Part shown: positions 48,001-60,000 of the stretch, piece by piece
Numbering within the stretch: the stretch's first letter is position 1
How the letters are laid out: every line of letters begins with the position of its first letter
DNA from: Mobula hypostoma
Taxonomy: Eukaryota
Direction of reading: 5' to 3'
NCBI RefSeq assembly: GCF_963921235.1
Contig: NC_086097.1
Coordinates: 181,104,001 to 181,168,000, forward strand
DNA length: 64,000 nucleotides
Translations under genes and position numbers: made by a program
The notes under the pieces: model-generated
What the model was told of the DNA's origin: nothing
The model's input: the letters and a program-made list of their open reading frames with translations, nothing else
Database searches by the model: none

Positions 48001-51000
48001 AAAATAGGTGGATCAGGTAGGGAAGAAGATGCTTAACTTGTTGCCTTTATAGGCAAACATTTTGAGTGTTTTAGTTGGAACATCATGATGCTGCTGTACA
48101 AAATGTGGGAAGGTCACACTTGGGATATTGAGTACAGTTCTGGTCACTACACTACAGAAAAGATGTGATAGCACTGAAAATGGTTCAAAAATGTTTCAGC
48201 AGGATATTACCTGGAATGGAGAACTTTAGTTTCAAGGAGAGAGTGGGATTGTTTTCACTGGAATACAGGGGTCTGAGCAGTGACGTTGGAGAGGATTATA
48301 AAATTATGAGAAGCATAGACAGATAGTCAAAGTCTTTTTCATGGGGCAGGAGAGTGTAAAACTGCAGGATATGCACTTAATGTGAATGGGAAAATATTTA
48401 ATAGGGACCTGTGAGGTAACTTTTTCACAGAGGGGTTATTGTGTATATGGTATAAGCAAAGAACTCTTTAAAATACTGCAAGGTTTTGATAGAGTTGATA
48501 CACAGAGAACCAAAGGTCAACAAAGTAAGCTGTTTATCAAAAAAAAAATTCAACAAAGAAGAAATCTCTCTGGATTTCTTCTTTAAAATCACACCAGAGT
48601 AGCAAAAATGTGTAACTTGCTACTAGGGAGTAGCTGACGAGATACATTCAACAGGTGGCTGGACAAACTAATGAAGGAGAAGGAAATTGAGGGCTATGCT
48701 GTAGATCTAACCAAGGAAGGAGATGAGGAGGCTCAAGTAAACATCTGCACAGTCAGAATTGCATAGAATACATCTGCCATGTATCATATGTAAACTTACA
48801 CAAACTTTGGACCTCATTTGTTACCTTATAACAACTGAAAGAACTTTCAACACATCTTGAAGAAATGCCACAGTGAAACAGACAACATCATCTGCAATAA
48901 GGCATCACTGAATCATGGTTGAAAGATTATAGCTAGAAGCTTAATGTTTAAGGATGCACATTGTACTGAAAGGATAAGTAGGAAGGCAGAGGGGGTGGAG
49001 TGACTCTGTTGGTAAAAAATGAAATTAAATCATTAGAAAGAGGTAACATTGGATCAGAAGGTGTTGAATCGTTGTGGACAGAGCTAAGGAACTGCAAGGG
49101 TAAAAAGACCTGGATGGGAATTATAAACAGACCTCCAAATAGTAATAAGGATGGGGTCTACAAGTTACAATGGGAGATAGAAAATGCATGCCAAAAGGGC
49201 AATGTTACAATAGTCATGGGGGATTTCAATATGCAGGTAAACTGGGAAAATAAGGTTGGTATGCAATTCTAAGAGGGAGAATTTCTAGAATGCCTATGAG
49301 ATGTCTTTTCAGAGCAGCTCGTGGTTGAACCCTCTGGAGGATCAGCTATTCTGGACTGGGTGCTGTGCAATGAACGAGAATTAATTATAGACCTTAAGAT
49401 AAAAGAACCTTAGGGGCAAGTGATCATAATATAATCAAATTCATCCTGAAATTTGAAAAAGAGAAGCTAAAATCAGATGTATCAGTATTACAGTGGAATT
49501 AAGGCAATCACAGAGGCAAGAAAGAGGAATTGGCCAGAATTGATTGGAAAAGAACACTGGCAGGGATGATGGCAGAGCAGCAATGACTGGAATTTCTGGA
49601 AGTAATTCAGAAGCCACAGGATATATACATCCCAAAGTGGAAGAAGTATTTTAATGGCAAGATGACACAACCATGGCGAACAAGGGAAGTCAAAGCCAAC
49701 ATAGAAGCCAAAGAGAGGAAATATAATAGAGCTAAAAATAGTGGGAAGTTTGAGGATTGAGAAGCTTTCAAATATCAACAGAAGGCAACTAAAAATGTCA
49801 TTAAGATAAAGATGGAATACGAAAGTAAGCTAGCCAATAATATTAAAGAGGATACCAAATATTTCTTCAGATACATAAAGTGTAAAAGAGAGGCAAGAGT
49901 GCATATATCGGACTGCTGGAAAACAATGCTGGACAGTAAGTAACGGGGAACTAGAAAATAGCAGATGAACTTAAAAAATATTTTGCATCAATCTTCACTG
50001 TGGAGAAGACATGCTGTGGAGAAACAAGGAATTATTGATAACACCTCCTATATTTTGACAAAAATGTGCAGGCAAAATTCCTTTATCATTACTGAAAGCA
50101 TAAGCAAACTTGTCAATTTTCACATTACAATCTGTGAGACAAAATCATACAAGAAATGTTTCAACATAATAAAAATTTCACACCTGATCAGAGTTGCAAA
50201 TAACTCCTTCCTCATCGCAGCAGCAACTCGTTCACCAACTCTGGACAACAGAGTGATATAAAAGCAGCTCAGGATTCCCTGGTAATGAGAAGGAGAAAGA
50301 CTGATCTAGAGCAAGTGTAGGAAATTGCTTTTCTGTTAATGATTTTTAATTTCCATAAGGACAAAGATTATTCACGTATCTGAGCACCAGAACTGCCAAA
50401 GGACAAAGGTTGTGTGCAATAGGTGCTGGTAAATGGTATTTGTATAGATGGGCATTTGCTGGTCAGCATACACATGAAGAAGATTGGCTTTATTTCTCAC
50501 ATGTACATTGAGACATCAAAACATGTATAACTCTCGCTTCGGCTAGCGGCTTAATATAGGGGATGATAACCCCCCCCCCCCCCACCCCTGGCCAGGCCAA
50601 ACTTAAGAAATCTTGTTTGGGTGGATGCTGCGTGATGTGTCCCCTGTTACAAATCAGTACCACGAAACTACAAACAGTACACAATATGCAATTAAACAAT
50701 TGAGCTTTATAATTCATAATGTGACTATATGGTTAGTAAAGAAAACAAGAAAAAAATGGCTCATTCTCATGAAGCAGTCTAATGCGCAAATGTTGGAGCT
50801 CACTGATAGGCCGTTCATCCACCATCGACCTCCTCCGAGTGTCGCTGACCTTTGGACCCTCGTTCCAAGTCCATCCATTCGAGGTCTACCAACACTCTCC
50901 ATTCGTGCCTTCTCTCCTCATCTCTCCCCAGAAAAAGTCCGCAAATTCCTGGCTCCCAGACACACAAGAAAGAACAACATCCCACTCATTGGCTAACATG

Positions 51001-54000
51001 CCCCGTTATCTCTAGTCATAACCCAAACATTGTTGCTACAGAGAAACCATTACCTTAGCAGTGGAACATTACAGATAAGCCATTACGTGAGCAGTTAAAC
51101 CTTACAGAGTGTTACATTTGCCTCAACAACCACACAGTCTGAGGATGTGTTGAGAGCAACCTGCAAGTGTCACCATGAGTCCCGCACCAACAGAGCATGC
51201 CCACAACTTATTAACCCCGACTAATCTGTATGTCTTTGGAATGTGGGAAAAACTGGATCACCCAAAGGATACCCATAAGGTCATGGGGAGAACATACAAA
51301 CACCTTGCAGACAGCAGCAGCAATGGAACCTTCACTGCTGGCACTATAAAGTGTTATGCTAAGTGCCATGATACCACGCCACCATAGTAAGCTATTTCAG
51401 TGCTGTATGAAAGTCCTCAGTATTGAGACCTTCATTCTTAGATTTCAACTGCATACCAAGGCCAGAGATCCGATGTTCAATTAATTTTTCTGCTTCCAGG
51501 TTAGACATAGACAGAGAGCTCCCGGTGGTCAGAGTAAAGACTAAAGAAATGACGTAGAACAGAACAGCCTAGGCCCTCCATTTTCAAGCCGACCATGACA
51601 CTTATTTATTCTAATTACATCTGCCTGTGTGTGGTCTATTTCCCTCCATTTCCTACCTGTATCTGTCTAAATGCTTTAGACAGGTGCACCTAGACAACAG
51701 CAATACATGTCTCACATTCTACTACTGCCACAAAACAACAAATTTCATGACATTTGTCAGCAATAAAAAACATGATTCTGATTCACCTCCTCCCCTCGCA
51801 GCCCATTCCAGGCACCTACCACTGTGTAAATTTGTTGTGTGAATCTCCTTTAAATTTTCCATCTTATCCCTAATCTATGCCCTTTGGTATTTGATATTTC
51901 CACCCCCTTTATTGCTTACCTATGCCTCTCATAAGTTTATATACTATCAATTCTCCCCTCAGTTTTATCCACTCCAGAGAAAATAATCCAAGTTTCTCCA
52001 ATCTCTTACAGTTAATATTCTTGAATCCAATCAACATCCCAATGAACCTCTCCTGCCCTCTCTCCAAAGCCTCCATATCCTTCCTGCAATGCAGTGACCA
52101 GACGGCACACCATACTCCAAATGTACCGAACCAGTTTTATATAACTGCACCGTGATTTTTTATAATCAACACCCTAACAAATGAAGGCAAGCATGCTGAA
52201 GAACTTTCAAAAGAGCTCTCCCAACCTCTGCTAAAAACTACTGGCTCAGGGTGGTTTTGCCTCCCTGCCCCCTAACTCTGAACCACACACAGTGAGACAC
52301 TGGTAAAGAGGGCATAGACCAGGGTTTCTCAGCTGGAGTTGCTAGGGGTTCTGCCAGAGATTGTGATTCTAAAAAATATACATCATTTTTTGAACTTCAG
52401 GCAATGCGTGATGCTAGCGCTCGCAATGCTGGGCAGTGACCAAGCAGCCCTGCTGGCAATCTTGCTAGAGGTTTCTCAGCCCAGTATGGCAGTGCACAGT
52501 AGGACCGTGTTTATTTGGTTGAGTCTATTCTCAGTTTTTGATGCAAGACAGAGAAGGCCGTTGATAATTGGTGAGCATTTTATTGCGTGAAGGGGAGAAC
52601 AGTAGGCTGATGAGGAACGTGAAGTCCGTTTTCTGAGCATTGAATGGACTTGAGCAACTTGGGCTATGTTGTCAGCCTTTCCCTCCTGAATTACCTCCCC
52701 CAAGTTCCTCCTATGTATCACTCGCAACACGCTGGAGGAACTCAGCAGGTCGGGCAGCATCCGTGGAAATGAAGAGTCCACGTTTCGGGCAGGATCCCTT
52801 CGTCAGGACTGTAGGAGGAAGGGGCAAAGGCCCTATAAAGAAGGTGGGGGAAGGGTGGGAAGGAGAAGGCTGGTAGGTTCCAGGTGAAAAACCAGTAAGG
52901 GGAAAGATAAAGGGGTGGGGGAAGGGAGGCAGGGAGGTGATAGGCAGGAAAGGTGAAGAAAGAAAAGGAGAAAACACAATGGGTAGTAGAAGGAGGCAGG
53001 ACCAAGAGGGAGGTGGTAGGAAACTGGGGGAGGGGGCAGAGTGACATAGGGATAGGGGAAAGGAGGGGGGGGGAATTACCGGAAGTTGGAGAATTCTATG
53101 TTCGTACCAAGGGGCTGGAGACCACCTAGACGGTATATGAGGTGTTGCTTTGTCAGCGGGTTTGATGGTGAGGTTGGGATTAGTGCGGAAAGAGTGAAGG
53201 GCAATGCGTTCAGAGGGAGTGAGGTTGGAACAGGAGAGAGGAGTGGTGAAGTTGAGACAGTTGATGTCTCGGCGACAGTTGGAGATAAAAAGATCAAGTG
53301 CAGGTAGAGGCCTGGGTGGGGTGTCCAGGAGGAGGAGGAGGAGGGTTGAAAACGGGAGAAGGGGTCCTCAGTAGGGGGAGGGGAATCCTTGCCAAAGAAG
53401 TAGGCTCGGAGACGTATCACTGACTTGACTTATGGGAGCAACAAACTCTACCGGTGTAGTAAAAAATTGGAGGGAAATTTTCATTCTAAAGAAGGAATTT
53501 TGACTTAGCTGATGGCTTGCCACTTTGATGTTGCTGTAAATGCTGCAAAAGGTGGATTGTGTAGGTTAGAAGTCAATTGTATTGTGAAGCTTTTATATAT
53601 TTTTTGTGGTTTTCTCGTATAGTTATTTATTATGCTGAACTTTTTTATATTTGGTCCAATGTCTGACAGTACAATCTTCTGAGTCATTTCACTGCATTAG
53701 TGCAACAACAGACACAAAAAAACTCTGTCTTTACAATGAAAGCTACTTATCAATGGGTTTTACATGGACTTGTGATCCAAGTTGCCTTATTCCATTGCGC
53801 CTAGTCTGTGGCAAACGACTTACAAATACAGCAATGACTCTAGAAAAATTCAGAAGACACTTAAACACAAATCACAACCATATGGGCATGTAAAAGTGCT
53901 GATTATCTTAAACAACTATTGGAATCTCAAAACAAACACAGTAAAGCTTTTGTTAATAAAGTCACATTCAGTAAAAGAATCAGGAAGCAAGTTATTTAGT

Positions 54001-57000
54001 AGCAGAACTTATACCCAGAAATCAATTTACAACCGAGCTTATCTTTAGAAAATTTAAATCTCATTTTGGCTTAAGCCAGTTATTTAACAGAAACTTATTA
54101 TGGTTGCCTTATGAGTTTTTAAAATTTATGAAAGGGAAAAAAGAGATTAATTTCAAGAACTGTAATCTAAGCTTAACTACCTGTTTTTTTCCAAGAGAGG
54201 TTTGCTAAAACTTCATTCCCTACTCAAAGCAGCATTGACAGCTACCTTTGGATCAATATATCTACAATTTACTGATCACGCTAATGTACGCGGGGGTTCC
54301 CTGAGAACTAAAAATTATTTCAAAGGTTCCTCCAGGGCAAAAAGGTTGTGATAGGCTGGCAGAGACAATCTAAATAGAATGAGAGTGTGAAGGAAAGCAG
54401 CATCAAAAGATGTATGCCCCAGACACTGAGAAATGGCTAGACTTTTTAGCACTGTTCCTTAATTCTGTCATCACCATCGCCATGGCCATAGGTCCTGGAG
54501 AAAAGATGTCTCTTCTGCAGAACAAGGGAAAAATCAGAAAAATCTGATGGCTCCCTTAAGCTCTGCTAGTCCTGTCCCACTGGCTTGGTCACTCTCAGTG
54601 AAGAGTACAGGATGACGGATTTAGCTCTTGGAGACTCAACATGGATTTTTAGAAACAAGAGAAAATCTGCAAATGCTGGAAATTCAAGCAACACACACAA
54701 AATGCTAGAGGAACTACTCCAGTGCTTCCCTACAGGGCCTGAATATTGGTCCTACACCAACTGTAAGCATCATCCTTGGTCACTTTATCCCACACCCTGC
54801 TTTTGCTGTCAAAGTTCAGAAGAAGCTTCTCAATTTCTTCTGGGACAAGACAACCACAGTTAGGTCTCTGCCACAGTTCTCAGTCTCCCAATTGAGGATA
54901 GTGTGCATCTGTAACCCAGACTGGTAACTCTCTGCCTGAGAACTCTTCAGAGATACCTCCCCATTGGCGTGCAATGGTGACATTACTTTCACCAAGGATG
55001 CTGACTTCAGCATGATATATAGCTCCCGTCAGCAAGTATCTATTGCAGTCCTCTAAACAAGTTGCCTGTCATTTCTGGGTCATTTTAAGAATATGGGACA
55101 TATTCATGCTACAGTATCTCCACTCCCTTGATACATACAGTATTTCTAGATTCTCTATGATGATTTCAGTTCAAACTTCAACACTATCATCCCTAAGCTT
55201 CTGCAAGAAAAACTCTCTACATTTAACATACCAGGTCCCATCTGCAGGTGGATCACGAATTTTCTCTCTGGTCTCTGACAGGAGGTAGTTTGTGAGATTA
55301 GGCAAACACACCTCCACATCCCGTTTACTCAACACCGGTGCAACCACAGGAGTATGTTCTCTCCAATTTCTCCCCTCACCAATTTTCTCTATACACCAAT
55401 GACTATGTCTCCAGTGCTGTTGAACTGACAAAGTTTGCAGAACGCACCACTGTCATTGGAGGCGACAAATCCAAGTAAACAAGTTAGTGCCTTGGTGCAA
55501 TCACAACAATTTAGAGCTGAATACCCTCAAAACCATGGAGGCACACATCAACTTCAAGAGAAACCTGTCTCCTCTCCACCCACTCATCATCAACAACTCT
55601 ACAGCTAGCACCATTTCAAATTTTAGGTTCCTGGGCATTTTTATATCACAGGACCTCATTTGAGAAAACAATATCTCTTTCAGTAACAAAAAGGCTTGGC
55701 AGAGGATGTACTTCTTGTGGCATTTGGTAAAATCCCATCTTCCCCAGAACATACTGGTGCAATTCTACACTGCCATCTCAGAGAGCATCCTCACATAAGC
55801 TATTGGTGTCTGAATTGGAGCAGCATCCTCCCACAGTATACAAAAACTATCAGGTCAGCTGAAAACATCATTGGTAATAGTCTACCATCACTGCAGGACT
55901 TGACAAAGACAAAGAAATGGTCATGATAAATCATTGCGGACACTACCCATCCACCAAACTGTCTTTTCCAAAAATTCCCTTCTAGCCAGTACTGTAGGGG
56001 TATAAAAACAAGTACTTCAAGGCATCTGAAAAGTTTCTTTCCCCTGGCAGTTAATCTGATCAACCATTCTAGTTAGTCACTCAACCTCTATCTTATGCTT
56101 ATGTGAGAATGCTATTCTTGGACTACAGTTCAGTATTCAACACCACAATTCCCTCCAGGCTTGACAAGAAGCTCAGAGACCTCAGTCTTCACCCTGCTTT
56201 GTGCAGATGGATTCTGGACTTCCTATCAGATTGTCAGCAGGTGGTAAGGGTAGGCTCCCTCACCTCTGCCCCTCTGACCCTCAACACAGGTGACCTTCAG
56301 GGTTGTGTCCTAAGCCCCCTCTTTTACTCTCTGTATACCTATGATCGTGTCGCCACCCACAGCTCCAATCTGCTTATGAAAATTGCTGACAATACTACAA
56401 TTGATTGACCTAATCTCAAATAATAACAAGGCAGTGGTGTCAAGAAAACAACCTCCCCCTCAACGTCAAGAACAAGTGCTGGTTGTGGGCTACAGGAGGA
56501 ATGGAGACAGGCTAACCCCTATTGACATCAATGGATCTGGGGTTGAGAGGGTGAACAGCTTTAAGTTCCTCGGCTTACACATCACCAAAGATCTCACGTG
56601 GTCTGTACATACCGGCTGTGCGGTGAAAAAAGCACAACACCACCTCTTTCACCTCAAACAGTTGAAGAAGTTTGGTATTGTCCCCCAAATCTTAAGAACT
56701 TTCTACAGGGGCACAATTGAGGGCATCCTGACTGGCTGCATCACTGCCGAGTATGGGAACTGTACTTTCCTCAATCACAGGACTATGCAGAAAGTGGTGC
56801 AGATAGCAAATGTGAACTTCCCACTATTCACGACATTACAAAGAGAAGTGTGTAAAAAGGGCCTGAAGGATCACTGGGGACCCGAGTCACCCCAACCACA
56901 AACTGTTCCAGCTGCTACCATCCAGGAAACGGTACCGCGGCATATAAGCCAGGACCAACAGGTTCCAGGCCAGCTTCTTCCACCAGGCCACGAGACTGAT

Positions 57001-60000
57001 TAATTCACGCTGATACAATTGTATTTCAATGTTATATTGACTGTCCTGTTGTACATACTATTTATTATAAATTACTACAAATTGCACATTGCACATTTAG
57101 ATGGAGATGTAATGTAAAGATTTTTACTCCTCATGTATGTAAAGGATGTAAAGTCAATTCAATTCAATCTATTACTTCAGTCACTGTAATGAACACTTTA
57201 AAACACTTTTTTTAATACTGTTTACATTGTAAATACATGCTGGTATTTATGTATTTATTCACATTTTATTTCATATCCATAGTTTAACCTACAACTTTAT
57301 TTTTTATGTAATACTTTAGTCTTATAATTGTTGAATGTTGTTGCTTTTGTTGCATGCTGTGCCAACACAACACAGCAATTTCCTACTACATACAAATGTA
57401 TATGGCGAATGAAGTTGATCTGGCAATGGCTCTACTGGCTGGAAATGAGGGTGCTAGAGAGAGACTGGATGTTGAAGGAGCTGGCCATGAGACCAAGGCA
57501 TGTAGCTGAAGCAGCTGGCAGGCCCGTCATTGTGAGTGACAAGAGGACATTTCACTTGGCCAGGATAGCTTCCCAGACTGGCATGGTATCCTAGGAGTTA
57601 ACACTATTACAGTGCCAGTGACTAAGGTTCAATTCTGCTGCTGTTTGTAAGGAGTTTATAGTCATAGTCATACTTTATTGATCCCGGGGGAAATTGGTTT
57701 TCGTTACAGTTGCACCTTAAATAATAAATAGTAATAGAACCATAAGTAGTTAAATAGTAATATGTAAATTATGAAATAAGTCCAGGACCAGCCTATTGGC
57801 TCAGGGTGTCTGACCCTCCAAGGGAGGAGTTGTAAAGTTTGATGGCCACAGGCAGGAATGACTTCCTATGACGCTCTGTGTTGCATCTCGGAGGAATGAG
57901 TCTCCGGCTGAATGTACTCCTGTGCCCAGCCAGTACATTATGTAGTGGATGCGAGATATTGACCAAAATGGCATGCAATTTAGACAGCATCCTCTTTTCA
58001 GACACCACCGTGAGAGAGTCCAGTTCCATCCCCACAACATCACTGGCCTTACAAATGGGTTTGTTGATTCTGTTGGTGTCTGCTACCCTCAGCTCTTCCC
58101 AACACTGAGGGGATTTACTCCAGGTGCTCCGGATTCCTCCCACATTACAAAGGTGTATAGGATAGTAAGTTAATTGATCACATGGATGTAATTGGGTGTG
58201 AAGAGCCTGTATTATGCTGTATCTCTAAGTAAGATAAAGATGGAGTCCCCAAACCTCCCATCGAAAGCCCAATCCACATAACTTGAGCCACCTCTTGGAA
58301 ATGCCCTCTGTAACTCTGCACAGCATGCAAAGGTATTTCCTATGTGAGCTGCTCCAATACCCTCCATGGTGGGTATTGTGGTCCATCGTGCCTTATTGTG
58401 ACATGGGGACATTCTCACCAACTGAACACACAAACTACTACTTATCTCATGAGATCTTACCTGTATAACGTAGACCCCTAGCAACTTTGTGCTTGGCACT
58501 TTCATGCTCCTGAAGTAGCAGGCAGGATTGGTCCGCAGGCATTGGACAATAGCATTCATCAGATCCCCTAACAAAAGCGGGATCTGAGAATTCAGGTACG
58601 CTGCTCCACAGGCAAACTAGGAAAAGGAGAAGAAATAGATGCATCAGCAAAAAATTCCGAGTATGAATGTTTAGAGAGAAACCAGAGGATAGGAATTATA
58701 CACCACAAAAGGAGATCATTCGGTCGGTCCATCGTACTTGTCCTGGAGAAATGATAAAACTCTGCAATTAACCCTGATCCCTTGTTAATTCTCAGCAGCC
58801 TTGAACTACTTTTTTCACACCAACTATTTATCCAACTACTATTAGAATGTTGTCATGGAATGTATTCACTGATGTGTCAAGCATTTGTGGAGTGGTGCAG
58901 GGGGAATCACCTGCTCCTGAATGTGGCCAAAACCAGGGAGATGGTGGCTGTTTTTAGCAGAAAGAGGACTGTGATAAATCCTGTATACATTCTGGGGGAA
59001 CAGGTTGCAGTGGTGGAGGAGTACAAATACTTGGGTGTTCACCTCGTCAATAGACTTGACTGGAAAACCAACACCAAGGCTGTATACAGGAAGGGGATTA
59101 GCAGACTCTATTTTCTAAGGAAGCTGAGATCCTTCAATGTGTGCAGTAGGATGGTGGAGATCTTTTACCAGTCTTTTGTAGCGAGTTCAGTCTTCTTTGG
59201 TGCTTTATGTTGGGGAGCAGCATCGTTACATTATTATTGTGTATTTATTATTCTGTATGTTATTATTAGTTAAGTCTGCACACTGCTAAGTGTGTTTTTA
59301 AATTTTGCGGCTGGAATTTTCCACTCGGGATCAATAAAGTACTTATTATTATTATTTTAGTTCATATCAACCCCCAGCATAAAGGTAGTTTCCTCATGTT
59401 CCATCTGTCTTTTGTTAATTTTCTTAAATCTGCATTCCCAGCTCCCAGCAGCTGTAGGCTATGGAGGTAGTTATAAAATAATTTACAAAACTACACTTTA
59501 CCTGTAACTGTAACACTCTATTTATAATAGCACTCTATTTTTTTCTATTTTACTATTTCAATTGTATTATGTATGTGATGATCTGTCTAGATGGCATGGA
59601 AACAAGCTTTTCACTGTATCTCATCATATGCTACAATAATGAACTAGTTCAAACCCATCACAATTTCCAGATTCAGTTTTACTTATCACATATACATGGA
59701 AATATACAGAAAAGTGCATTGTTTGCATTAACAACTGACCAGTAAGGACTACTGGGGGAAGCCCACAAATATCACTATACATTCTGACACCAACATAACA
59801 TACCTGCAGTGTTCAGCAGAACAACACAGAACATAATATGTAACAAAACAACAACAGCAAAACAAGCCCGTCATTCCCTCCCAACCACACACACCCACAG
59901 TCCACCAACACCGAGACAGGCCTCTGGGCCTCTAGACTCAAGTTTCCAGGCTTTGACTTCTAGATTTCTGATACACTTTTGGGCATCAATATTTGGTATC

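Noticed and set aside
53651..53893. Domesticated ZBED/SCAND3-like gene
   Set aside because: It is short, degraded and frameshifted, and lies between hAT TIRs with a TSD, so it is a transposon relic.
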